From the NCBI GenBank assembly GCA_030753015.1, contig JASMDC010000012.1:1-64000 (forward strand): a stretch of DNA of 64,000 bases, read 5' to 3'. Below, one piece after another: positions 37,001 through 45,115 of the stretch; position 1 is the stretch's first letter; each line of letters opens with the position of its first letter. The notes beneath the pieces are model-generated. The model saw nothing but the letters and a program-made list of their open reading frames with translations, made no database searches and had not been told where the DNA came from. The DNA comes from Candidatus Undinarchaeales archaeon. GTDB lineage: Archaea; SpSt-1190; JASMDC01. Made by a program: the position numbers and the translations under genes.

Positions 37001-37633
37001 GCAAATCTAGCGGCCGTGTTCGTGGACGGGGAACAGCTCGAAACGCCGGACGGCGCTACCATCCTCGTGGACTCGACGACCAACGAGGTGTACAAGGTGA
37101 CCCAGGAGGGAGTGGAGACCACAGGGACCGACCAGCTCCACATCCAGGAACGGGTGGACCCCCTCACAGGGGATACCGACTACTATGCCGTTGTGGGCAA
37201 CGTGACCGATGAGAACTCCACTCTCAACGATATCGCAGCAGGGAACGTGACAGACATAACCGAGGGAGCCATCATCGAGATCCGCTACCTGGACGATGCC
37301 AAGAACGTCCTTTTCATCGGCCCACGATGCCAGATGACAAACCTCACGGACGTGGATGTGCGCGTCGTGACCCTCAACGATACGGTCATCAACGCCACCA
37401 AGAACGAGACCAACGCCACCGTGATGCTGTTGGACATCTCGTGCGTCCCAGCCGTGATCGTGGACAAGGACGATCCCGAGGCCAACGTCGTCACATTCCT
37501 TGAGGAGATGGAATGCTTCGGTGCCGATGTGGGCCGGTGCTTGGACATCGAACTGTACATGGTGGTCATAGGTAAGGACGAGAACCTCTGGGAGGTCCAG
37601 TGCATCGAGAAGCTCTATTCAGGGATCGAATGA
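34019..37633 (+). CDS. large secreted acidic coiled-coil protein
   Basis: Hydrophobic N-terminus, long heptad E/Q/K tracts with Cys-capped turns, Pro-rich linker, C-terminal beta-rich domain with many NxT sequons. Confidence 0.8.
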   Translation: MLPRSVFILVGRTSLVVLIALTLLMLPVVGNGEGTGTGTGSGTGAPQNTADNAIDFSQFFSESEQEMLETNEELEAVRANLQIAIQECSAKEEERLQKWQTLEQKRVVMEQRQEVLDQRTEERVQKETVRDEKQVNKNNADAALSDCQDCSCPEGEENCGCDCGDEEAAVATAQAELTAAQTEHTTAETEFNDADEYAAAACLVQGDLDGVDLREGGCSGGACVTFSTDEETITQDVESLTEEDPLAIETSTNAEADDVFSDMDTPEATTTDFDAAAGDFLINGVDRLEDLITYTETMAEAYDRLETAMEEDNEELTAYLEGKDPMGLTPAELEDLFTFVMETKDELPVDDNHFFDAMHYLSSEEGELFLADVEEKSLAGTISGLNMDKENIENVIDALQSEKEFYTMLLFWAADPEDIAWVLEEIALIEEFQDALKDEVTRIDTEMVKLNEQREKAEEAKTAIVESLTAAEAKVTTATNALNECSGDTVECDEDTVTQLQLDLQTAEEERNLLQTQLDETNTLLEELDAKGGALEEEKENIETTVDTFDDIIGGEEVDPDALNTLVGITTNRATETVDTIDEQIDLKKDEQGQITITIDQSQNDLEDKQAQTEKERQELAQRQLEEAQKKELELQQTKTELSTDLTAAEEKLAYIEEQLKAATEEGDKNTLEDLKQQILKEREELETKLGEITNQIDDARDRRHEIEDKYGVGNPEQRTAENQIDEAKAQETQLKENREQLTTDIKEKDQVLATIEEQLKGVSNDEERKQLEEQKAIVLNEREQLSTQLEDVTQDIEEAATKRQELETKYEEQYGAAPPEAEPKATDTKEDKPGTVEEATNAFESVIENIEQAGVGIEGEEAVTEAPPNTNPNVEFLNAVTETLERVGQSTAKEEPDEGTPEPSEPEPPKKERRRLEPVIIPPPVASYIDPFPTQYSPIGIMTIIEEPLVAVKAAPPPSPPSTSSPVTPAGPVQPLQPGEIVTAPPQLDPVDAANLAAVFVDGEQLETPDGATILVDSTTNEVYKVTQEGVETTGTDQLHIQERVDPLTGDTDYYAVVGNVTDENSTLNDIAAGNVTDITEGAIIEIRYLDDAKNVLFIGPRCQMTNLTDVDVRVVTLNDTVINATKNETNATVMLLDISCVPAVIVDKDDPEANVVTFLEEMECFGADVGRCLDIELYMVVIGKDENLWEVQCIEKLYSGIE

Positions 37634-38214
37634 TGGTGCGGCCGACCACGGTCATGAAAGTCCTGATAATCCTCACCACTTCACTGGCGCTCGCCGAGCC
37701 GGGATTCGCACGCGTCAACCTTAGCCATACCACGGGAAAGGTCTGTCCCGGACAAAGGATATCCATGGCCGTGGACATAACGAACGAGCTCAACACGGCA
37801 GCATTGTTCACCGTGGACGTCAGGTTCTCACTGCCGGGCCGTTCGCTGCGCGTGAACGAGGTTGTGAACATCGGGACGGGCGAGAGCTACAGCTACCCGG
37901 TGACCGCCAAGCTCCACGCGGTGGATCCAGATACTTATCCCTTCACGGTGACCGTGTCCACGGACATCACCAGGGGGGCCGAGGTCGTCGAGGGTACGTT
38001 GGACGTGGTCGCCTGCACGGACGAACCACCCGTGTCCGAACAACCTGCTGCCCCGGGCGGTAATAGCGGGGCCATCTCGGCCAGCCTTGTCGGACTTATC
38101 ATGCTCCTACTGCTGGGCGTCGTTGTGCGCATGCGCCGGAACGTGAACCGGGCCGCCCAGACCCCTGTCTACCAGGGCTACTACAACCAGCCGGTCTATC
38201 GGCGGCCCTACTGA
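37630..38214 (+). CDS. small secreted Ig-like protein with C-terminal TM anchor
   Basis: Signal peptide, single beta-sandwich with Cys pair, TM followed by RMRR and Tyr-rich tail; ATGA overlap. Confidence 0.75.
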   Translation: MMVRPTTVMKVLIILTTSLALAEPGFARVNLSHTTGKVCPGQRISMAVDITNELNTAALFTVDVRFSLPGRSLRVNEVVNIGTGESYSYPVTAKLHAVDPDTYPFTVTVSTDITRGAEVVEGTLDVVACTDEPPVSEQPAAPGGNSGAISASLVGLIMLLLLGVVVRMRRNVNRAAQTPVYQGYYNQPVYRRPY

Positions 38215-39213
38215 TCATGACAAGGACGATGCATCGCTTCCTTCCAGCGATTCAACGGTCTCCTCGAGTGCCTCTAGCGGATCCTTGCCCTTGATGCGCG
38301 CGACCCTATCCCTGAGACCCGCGATCTTCTTCTCGAACCGCCCCCGTTCCTCGATGTCGAAGGGGAAGAGGTCCTCCTCCGCCTCGTCAAGGCGCGCAAG
38401 AAGGCTGGGCTTGAGGGCAGGATCATGTTCCTTGATGTCCTTCTCGATGGCCTCGAGGAGCTTGGTCATGATGCGCGAGTTGGGCGTCTCGATATAGGTG
38501 CGCTTCTCGTGCTTGCGCTTGCGTGGCTGGTGCGGGCGGTGGGTCCGTGGCGGCATGTACACCATCCTGAGGTCGAACGTGCTAGAGAGCCGGGACATGA
38601 GGCCGATGATACGTCCCAGTCGCCGGTCCACCTCCTCAACGATATGGAAGCGCTTCCGGTTCACGGTAAGGGTGTCGGCGATGGACCGCAGGTCGTCCAC
38701 GAGGCTCTCGGCGCGTGGGGGGTCCTGGCAGGTGCGGACCTGACGGTCGAACTTCGCGAGGTCGCGATCGACCCGCGCGAGGACCAATTCCTGAGTGGAA
38801 AGTTCGAGCGGGAGGTCGGCGGTATCGACCCCCACCGAGGCCAACATGTTCAGGAGTCCTGTATGGACCTGCATGACCTCTTTCCGTGCTTCGGCGTTCT
38901 CCTCGCCGGTGAGCGAGCGCTCGATGTCATACAGGTCGCGAAGGAGCTCCCGGGCGAGGTCGACCTTCGGGATATAGCGCGCCGTGTCGATGCAACGCTC
39001 AAGGCGCTGCCTGATCTCTGGCGTTAGCACCGATGCATTGAGCCGTACATCGGACCTGTCCTTCCTCTCAGTGGCGTGTTCCTTATCCGATCCGCTCTCG
39101 AGCGCATCGACACGTGAGAGGATGGCGTCCTGCTGCGAACCCATCCGCTCGAGCTGTAAGAACATCTCCTTCTGCTGGGCGAGCAGCTTCCGGAGTAGTT
39201 CGGTCTCCTCCAT
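38215..39213 (-). CDS. hypothetical helical protein
   Basis: Long ORF with genome-typical codon usage; start set to MEETELL because the longer track start overlaps the tRNA. Confidence 0.7.
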   Translation of the reverse strand: MEETELLRKLLAQQKEMFLQLERMGSQQDAILSRVDALESGSDKEHATERKDRSDVRLNASVLTPEIRQRLERCIDTARYIPKVDLARELLRDLYDIERSLTGEENAEARKEVMQVHTGLLNMLASVGVDTADLPLELSTQELVLARVDRDLAKFDRQVRTCQDPPRAESLVDDLRSIADTLTVNRKRFHIVEEVDRRLGRIIGLMSRLSSTFDLRMVYMPPRTHRPHQPRKRKHEKRTYIETPNSRIMTKLLEAIEKDIKEHDPALKPSLLARLDEAEEDLFPFDIEERGRFEKKIAGLRDRVARIKGKDPLEALEETVESLEGSDASSLS

Positions 39214-39232
39214 CGCATCGAGCCTTGAAGGG

Positions 39233-39248
39233 TAATTTTTTAAATACC
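39233..39248. promoter_or_regulatory. TATA box region shared by tRNA-Trp and the divergent gene
   Basis: TAATTTTTTAAATA about 35 nt before the tRNA. Confidence 0.6.
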
Positions 39249-39277
39249 TCCCGCCAATCCAGAAAACACACTCTTGT

Positions 39278-39371
39278 GGGGACATAGTGTAGCTAGGCAG
39301 CACGGTGGGCTCCAGAATCCATTCACGGCTGTGGAAACCCGCAAACTAGGGTTCAAATCCCTATGTCCCCA
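39278..39371 (+). tRNA. tRNA-Trp(CCA) with 21-nt intron at 37/38 (39316-39336)
   Basis: Acceptor GGGGACA/TGTCCCC, anticodon stem GTGGG/CCCGC with CT-CCA-G then insert, T arm TAGGG-TTCAAAT-CCCTA. Confidence 0.92.
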
Positions 39372-39430
39372 CTCCTTCACCCTTCCCTGTCCGAACACTT
39401 TTTAACGCTTCAGGCTTTCGTCCAGCGCCC

Positions 39431-40015
39431 ATGTCCATCGAGGAGGAGTTCGGTGTCAAGATCGTCGCCGAGAGCGCGATGTGCCCCATCTGCGGCAAGG
39501 ATACCGTTGTGGTCTCCAAGCGCGAGCACATGGGCGGGGATCTCGAGGGCGTGACGGAGATCTTCAACCAGTGCCGCTCGTGCTCGTATTGCGCCTCCGA
39601 TGTGTTCCCTTCAGCAGGAGGTGAGCCAAAACGCTATACTTTCCGCGTGCGTTCCAGCAAGGACCTGGATGTACGGATCGTGAAGTCCTCCACCGCGACC
39701 GTGCACATCCCCGAGCTCGGCGTTGATATCGAGCCCGGACCCGCGTCCAAGGGATATATCACAAACGTGCAGGGCGTGCTCGAGCGAGTGAAGGACGCGA
39801 TACACATGGCCCGGTCCTGGGAGACGACGGACGAGGGAAAGGCGCGCTGTGACGAGAAGCTCGCCTCCATCGATGCCATAATCGATGGGAACTCCTTTAC
39901 ACCCTTTCGTCTAATTCTCGAGGACATATTCGGTAACTGCATCATCATCGCGAAGCAGGCCAAGGCCGCGGCCCTCTCACCTGAAGAGGTCGATCGGATA
40001 GTCACACGGGGATAG
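39431..40015 (+). CDS. ZPR1 zinc-finger domain protein
   Basis: CPIC...CRSC, IVKSSTA...IPELG..IEPGP.S.GYITNV.G.L.R; TATA about 25 nt upstream. Confidence 0.9.
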   Translation: MSIEEEFGVKIVAESAMCPICGKDTVVVSKREHMGGDLEGVTEIFNQCRSCSYCASDVFPSAGGEPKRYTFRVRSSKDLDVRIVKSSTATVHIPELGVDIEPGPASKGYITNVQGVLERVKDAIHMARSWETTDEGKARCDEKLASIDAIIDGNSFTPFRLILEDIFGNCIIIAKQAKAAALSPEEVDRIVTRG

Positions 40016-40022
40016 AGAAAGG

Positions 40023-40057
40023 GTGGGCGCCCGGCCTCTTGTGGACCGGGCGCACAC
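40023..40057. terminator. hairpin between convergent genes
   Basis: GCGCCCGG-N11-CCGGGCGC inverted repeat. Confidence 0.5.
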
Positions 40058-40068
40058 AGAAGGGCGTC

Positions 40069-40644
40069 TCACCAGTTCTCGGCAAGGAGCTGGAAGTGTT
40101 CCTGACCATGGGCGCAGGCGGGGCATTCCGCGGGGGCCTCGGGCCCCTCGTGGACGTATCCGCAGTTGTCGCACTTCCACTTCACCGACCGGTCCTTCTT
40201 GAACACGGTGCCGTTCTCGATGTTCGCAAGGAGGCCGAGGTAGCGCTTCTCATGCTGCTTCTCGGCGACGGCGATGGACCGCATGACCGCAGCGATCTCT
40301 GGGAAGCCCTCCTCGTCAGCGATGTCGGCGAACCCCGGGTACATGGTGGTGTGCTCGAAATTCTCGCCGGCAGCGGAGGCCTTGAGGTTCTCGGCGGTCG
40401 AGCCGATGATACCTGCAGGGAAAGCCCCGGTGATCTCGACCTCGCCTCCCTTGAGGAACTCGAAGAGCTTCTTCGCATGCTCCCTCTCATTGTCGGCCGT
40501 CTCCAGGAAGACGTTCTGGATCTGGACGAAGCCGTCCTTCTTGGCCTTGGAGGCAAAGAAACCGTAGCGGTTCCGTGCCTGGGACTCTCCAGCGAACGCT
40601 GTGAGTATGTTCTTTTCGGTCTTTGTTCCTTTCAGTTCAGGCAT
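40069..40644 (-). CDS. rbr: rubrerythrin
   Basis: [20 protein letters not shown] diiron motifs; C-terminal CDNC...CPAC. Confidence 0.96.
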   Translation of the reverse strand: MPELKGTKTEKNILTAFAGESQARNRYGFFASKAKKDGFVQIQNVFLETADNEREHAKKLFEFLKGGEVEITGAFPAGIIGSTAENLKASAAGENFEHTTMYPGFADIADEEGFPEIAAVMRSIAVAEKQHEKRYLGLLANIENGTVFKKDRSVKWKCDNCGYVHEGPEAPAECPACAHGQEHFQLLAENW

Positions 40645-40683
40645 TTTCAATTCACCTTCTCAGACAGAGTTATGGTCATCACT

Positions 40684-41073
40684 TCAGACCTTCGCCGACC
40701 ATAGGCCGTGGACAGTACAGTACTCCCTGACCAGAAAGACCTTCTCGGCGGTACAGTTGCAGAAAAGGGCCTCAGGTGCCTGCCCCGGTTTCAGGAACGC
40801 TTTGTGCGTACCCGTGTCCGTGACTAGCTCGATCATTTCGATGTAGTGCTCAGCCTCCATCGGATGTGCCACAGAGCCCACGGTCACCTTGAGTCCGGTA
40901 TCTGTATCCTGCACTACGGGCACATGCTTCTCCTTGCCCTGGTCTTCGTTCTTTCCGGGAAGCAGTGTCATCCGCTGGCCGCAGCACACAAGCTCGGCGC
41001 CACCTCCGTGGATCAGCTCAACGATGTTCCCGCAAAACTCGCACTCATACACTTCCAATCGGTTCGTCGTCAT
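40684..41073 (-). CDS. dfx: desulfoferrodoxin (2Fe superoxide reductase)
   Basis: CEFCGN...CCG desulforedoxin domain; EKHVP, HPM..EHYI, CTVHGLW. Confidence 0.95.
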   Translation of the reverse strand: MTTNRLEVYECEFCGNIVELIHGGGAELVCCGQRMTLLPGKNEDQGKEKHVPVVQDTDTGLKVTVGSVAHPMEAEHYIEMIELVTDTGTHKAFLKPGQAPEALFCNCTAEKVFLVREYCTVHGLWSAKV

Positions 41074-41094
41074 AGAAAATCACCTTTTTCATCT

Positions 41095-41559
41095 TCAAGC
41101 TTTATTATCAGTACCCGCCGGAGGGTGGGGCGTATCACAGCTATCACAATCATGGTCGCAGCTAGCGTGCACGGTGTGTTCTCCATTCCGTGCCCTGTAG
41201 TCCTTGATGGCCGCGTGCAGGGCATCGGCGGCGAGGTTCGAGCAGTGCATCTTCTTGGGCGGGAGCCCGTCCAGTTCGTCCGCCACGTCCTGACGCGTGA
41301 TCTTCATGGCCTCGTCCACGTGCATGCCCATGGCCAGCTCGGTGACCATGCTGCTCGTGGCGATGGCAGAACCGCACCCGAATGTCCGGAACTTGATCTC
41401 GGAAATGATGTCTTCCTTGACGTTGATGAAGATCTCCATGAGGTCGCCGCAGACAGGATTACCTACCTTCCCGTAGCCGTCAGCTTCCTCGATGACGCCG
41501 ACGTTGCGGGGATTCATGAAGTGCTCCATCACCTTCTTGCTGTAGCCGATTTGTGTCAT
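41095..41559 (-). CDS. iscU: Fe-S scaffold protein IscU/NifU-N
   Basis: HFMNPRNVG, GNPVCGD, FGCGSAIA, KMHCSNLA; extra His/Cys tail. Confidence 0.95.
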   Translation of the reverse strand: MTQIGYSKKVMEHFMNPRNVGVIEEADGYGKVGNPVCGDLMEIFINVKEDIISEIKFRTFGCGSAIATSSMVTELAMGMHVDEAMKITRQDVADELDGLPPKKMHCSNLAADALHAAIKDYRARNGEHTVHASCDHDCDSCDTPHPPAGTDNKA

Positions 41560-41571
41560 GTGACCACCTTC

Positions 41572-42729
41572 TCATAATGGGGATAGGTTTCTTAACCTTT
41601 CGACTGTGCCCCGGGCGGCGTCGACCACCGCGGGCACCTGGGCCATTGTGTTTGACCGTCCGAGGGTGAGCACCATGGACCCATGTGCCTGCTCATGCTT
41701 GAGCCCTATAGCGAGGAGTACATGGGACGCCTCCAGCGTGCGCGAGGTGCAGGCCGAGCCGGTGGCCATGGCGATACCGTACATGTCCATGCTCAGCAGG
41801 ATGCTCTCGCCTTCGATCCGGCCGAACCGGAAACTGGCGTGATGGGGTAATCGTCGCTCGGGATGACCGGTAAGATGGGAGTCCTCGATAGCGAGGATGC
41901 CTTTGACAAGCGCGTCCCTGACACCCTGCAACCGATTGCTCTCTTTGGCCATCTCGTCCCGGGCCAGACGGGCCGCTTCTCCCATCCCCGCGATGGCGAA
42001 CACGTTCTCGGTACCCGAGCGAAGACCCTGCTCCTGGCCGCCGCCGGGGAGCACCGTCTGGAGCTTCACACCGGGAGCAACATAGAGGGCGCCGGCACCG
42101 GGCGGCCCCCCCATTGCATTCCCGGAGAGGGTGAGCAGGTCGATACCGTCCCGCTGGACATCGATGGGGATGCGCCCCGCCGTTGCGGTGGCGTCCACAT
42201 GAAGGTATCTGCCCTTCTCATGGACTATCGTGGACACTTCCTTGATGGGTTCGATGGTGCCGATCTCGTTGTTGGCGTACATGACCGAGGTCACAACGGT
42301 GGCATCGGTCAACAGCCCCTCCAGCGCCCCGAGGTCGATGAGCCCCCTCCCGTCCACCGGAGCGAGGGCCAACTCGAAACCATGCTTAGCGAGGTCCTTC
42401 ATTGGATTGAGCACGGAGATGTGCTCGATGGCGCTGGCCACCACGGCCTTTCCCTTGCCCATATTCCGGATAGCGGTACCCCTTACGGCGAGATTGTTCG
42501 CCTCAGTGGCGCCGCTCGTGAAGATGAGCTTGCCCTTCTCATCGGCATTGATAAGAGCGGCAAGCCGTTCCCGAGCGTCCTCCACCGCTTGCTTGGTACC
42601 GAGACCGTCCGAGTGCAGAGATGATGGATTCCCGACGTCCTCTACGAGGTACCTCTGGGCAAAGGCGAGGACCCGCGGGTCCACTGGTGTCGCCGAGCCA
42701 TGGTCCAAGTAGATTCGGTCCATCTCCAT
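41572..42729 (-). CDS. iscS: IscS/NifS-family protein lacking the PLP-binding Lys
   Basis: IYLDH, FTSGATEANN, ANNEIGT, RSGTEN, TGSACTS; SGNAMGGP in place of SxHKxxGP. Confidence 0.88.
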   Translation of the reverse strand: MEMDRIYLDHGSATPVDPRVLAFAQRYLVEDVGNPSSLHSDGLGTKQAVEDARERLAALINADEKGKLIFTSGATEANNLAVRGTAIRNMGKGKAVVASAIEHISVLNPMKDLAKHGFELALAPVDGRGLIDLGALEGLLTDATVVTSVMYANNEIGTIEPIKEVSTIVHEKGRYLHVDATATAGRIPIDVQRDGIDLLTLSGNAMGGPPGAGALYVAPGVKLQTVLPGGGQEQGLRSGTENVFAIAGMGEAARLARDEMAKESNRLQGVRDALVKGILAIEDSHLTGHPERRLPHHASFRFGRIEGESILLSMDMYGIAMATGSACTSRTLEASHVLLAIGLKHEQAHGSMVLTLGRSNTMAQVPAVVDAARGTVERLRNLSPL

Positions 42730-42737
42730 CTCTCCGA

Positions 42738-43100
42738 TCAGAACCACATGGCCGCGTTAGCGTCCAGGGCGAGGTCATTGAGGGTGGCGGCTCCGACGAT
42801 CTTGACGCCGTCCCGCAGCTCAACCTTCTCCCAGCCGAGCATCCGCTTTGAGGCTTCGCACACGTAAACGGGGATTCCCATCTCGACGGTCTTCTGGAGC
42901 ATCTCGCCCACGCTGGGGAAGTCGCCGAGCTTGATCTTCTCGGCCTCTCCCGGCCGCAACACCTTTAACGCCATCCCGAGGTAGTACACAATAGGTTCAA
43001 GGTCCATGGCCTTTGCCGTCTGTGCAAGGACCAGGGGTGAGTACTGCCGCTCGGGCGCATCGCTCGTCTGGACATAGAGGATCGATTTTTCGTTCTTCAT
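42738..43100 (-). CDS. DsrE/DsrF-like protein
   Basis: About 120 aa, G..VYVCEAS, IVGAATL. Confidence 0.78.
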   Translation of the reverse strand: MKNEKSILYVQTSDAPERQYSPLVLAQTAKAMDLEPIVYYLGMALKVLRPGEAEKIKLGDFPSVGEMLQKTVEMGIPVYVCEASKRMLGWEKVELRDGVKIVGAATLNDLALDANAAMWF

Positions 43101-43166
43101 CGTTCCGATCTCCTTGGAGGTCTAATCCGCCAATAGTATTATGTACGGGATAACTATAAATACTTT

Positions 43167-43209
43167 ATTGTACTAATTACAATGTAGTAATCATAACAAA
43201 TCATGTTAT
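43167..43209. promoter_or_regulatory. Fur/PerR-box-like palindromes in the divergent promoter
   Basis: ATTGTACTAATTACAAT (7-1-7-like), TAGTAATCATAACAA, ATAACA-N5-TGTTAT. Confidence 0.65.
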
Positions 43210-43225
43210 TGGAGTGCACGAAATC

Positions 43226-43657
43226 ATGGCCGATGATGCGATCGAACGCGGAGTGAAGCTTCTCAGGGACCATGGATTGAAGGTGACGCCCCAGAGGCTC
43301 GTGATCCTTCGATACCTTGAGAAATATCGTAATCACCCTAATGCGGACGAGATCTACAATGCCCTGAAGTCACGGAATCCCTCGCTCTCGAAGACGACCG
43401 TCTACAATACACTTGAGACTATGCATAAGCAAAGGCTCGTCGATGTACTGACTATATCTGAGTCCGAACGCAGGTACGACCTTAGACGAGAGTCCCACCA
43501 TCACTTCATGTGTCAGGAATGCGGGCGGATCCTCGACATAGAGATCGCATGCCCGAACTGTCACCGGATCATAAACGGAGAGCACCGGGTCGACGAGGTC
43601 CACGGTTACTTCAAAGGAATCTGCAGCGAGTGCCTGACCAAGGAAGATAAACTATGA
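43226..43657 (+). CDS. Fur family regulator (PerR-like)
   Basis: LKVTPQR, HPNADEIY, S.TTVYNTL, HHHFMCQECG, GICSEC. Confidence 0.93.
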   Translation: MADDAIERGVKLLRDHGLKVTPQRLVILRYLEKYRNHPNADEIYNALKSRNPSLSKTTVYNTLETMHKQRLVDVLTISESERRYDLRRESHHHFMCQECGRILDIEIACPNCHRIINGEHRVDEVHGYFKGICSECLTKEDKL

Positions 43658-44850
43658 GTGAGAGATGGACCATGGAGACCACCGAGATCAAACCGGGCGT
43701 GTACTGGGTCGGTGCCATCGACTGGGACGTCAGGAACTTCCACGGGTACCTGACCCAACGGGGGACCACATACAACGCCTACCTCATCATTGATGAGAAG
43801 GTCGTGCTGGTTGACACGGTCAAGGCACACCTGGCCGATGAGATGCTCGCGCGTATCCGTGCGATCATCGATCCCGCAAAGATCGACTACATAGTCTCTA
43901 ATCACGTAGAGATGGATCACTCCGGCTCCATCTCTGCAGTCCTCGAGCACGCTCCGAGCGCGAAGGTCATCACCTCTACCATGGGCGCCAAAGGTCTCAA
44001 GCGCCACTACAAGGCGGACTGGGACCTCCAGGTGGTCAAGAGCGGCGACACCCTGTCCATCGGCAAGCGGACACTGGCATTCGTCCACGTCCCCATGGTC
44101 CACTGGCCCGACTCCATGGTCACCTACATCCACGAGGACCGTCTCCTGCTCCCCAACGACGGGTTCGGCCAGCATATAGCTTCCTCTGAGCGGTTCGACG
44201 ACGAGCTCGACTGGGGCATCCTGCGGGAGGAGGCCGCCAAGTACTACGCGAACATAATCCTCCCCTTCGGCGCGAACGTCCAGAAGGCCATGGAGTCTCT
44301 TGGCGGCCTCGATATCGACATGATCGCTCCAAGTCATGGCATCATCTGGCGCTCGCATATCCCTGACATCCTGGCAGAGTATCAGAAATGGTCGACCTAT
44401 GCCACCGAGACATGCGCGGTCATCGTCTACGACTCCATGTGGGGCTCGACCCAGAAGATGGCGCACGCTCTCGGGGACGGGCTGCGCGAGACCGGCGTAC
44501 ATGTCCACCACCACAATCTCAAGCACACCCACATCTCCGATGTGATGACCGACGTCCTCACGGCCCGACTGGTCTGCATCGGCTCACCCACGTTGAACAA
44601 TGGTATACTCCCGACGGTGGGGGCGTTCCTCACCTATGTAAAGGGCCTCCGCCCTGAGAAACGGTTCGGGTTCGCCTTCGGCTCCTATGGCTGGGGCGGA
44701 CAGGCCGTCAAGGAGATCGAGACCGTCATGGACGGGCTCAAATGGGAGCGGCCCGAGGACGGGGTTCGTATCACGTACATCCCGGACGAGGATGAGCTCG
44801 ACGCGGTGCGGGAGACCGGCCGGGCCCTCGGGAAACAAATAAGAGACTGA
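43654..44850 (+). CDS. fprA: flavodiiron protein (O2/NO reductase)
   Basis: GTTYNAYL, HVEMDHSG, HWPDS, NDGFGQH, PSHG, YDSMWGST, FGSYGWGG. Confidence 0.95.
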   Translation: MSERWTMETTEIKPGVYWVGAIDWDVRNFHGYLTQRGTTYNAYLIIDEKVVLVDTVKAHLADEMLARIRAIIDPAKIDYIVSNHVEMDHSGSISAVLEHAPSAKVITSTMGAKGLKRHYKADWDLQVVKSGDTLSIGKRTLAFVHVPMVHWPDSMVTYIHEDRLLLPNDGFGQHIASSERFDDELDWGILREEAAKYYANIILPFGANVQKAMESLGGLDIDMIAPSHGIIWRSHIPDILAEYQKWSTYATETCAVIVYDSMWGSTQKMAHALGDGLRETGVHVHHHNLKHTHISDVMTDVLTARLVCIGSPTLNNGILPTVGAFLTYVKGLRPEKRFGFAFGSYGWGGQAVKEIETVMDGLKWERPEDGVRITYIPDEDELDAVRETGRALGKQIRD

Positions 44851-44878
44851 TGTAAGATAATGAAAAGGAGGAATCGAC

Positions 44879-45115
44879 ATGGCAGACATAACCGTATACT
44901 CAACGCCAACCTGCCCCTATTGCAAGATGGTCAAGGCGTTCCTGAACGAGAAAGGGGTCGAGTTCAAGGACATTGACGTATCGACCGATCGCGATGCGGG
45001 CAAGACGATGATCGAGAAGTCCGGCCAGATGGGTGTACCCCAGATCGAGATCAACGACAAGATCATCGTGGGGTTCAACAAGGAAGCGCTAGAGAGGGAA
45101 CTTGAGAGTGTATGA
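44879..45115 (+). CDS. glutaredoxin-like protein (YruB/NrdH type)
   Basis: CPYC, GQMGVP; GGAGG SD. Confidence 0.92.
   Translation: MADITVYSTPTCPYCKMVKAFLNEKGVEFKDIDVSTDRDAGKTMIEKSGQMGVPQIEINDKIIVGFNKEALERELESV

Noticed and set aside
34019-37633. SMC/Rad50 call for the coiled-coil protein
   Set aside because: No Walker A/B or signature motif, and an export signal is present
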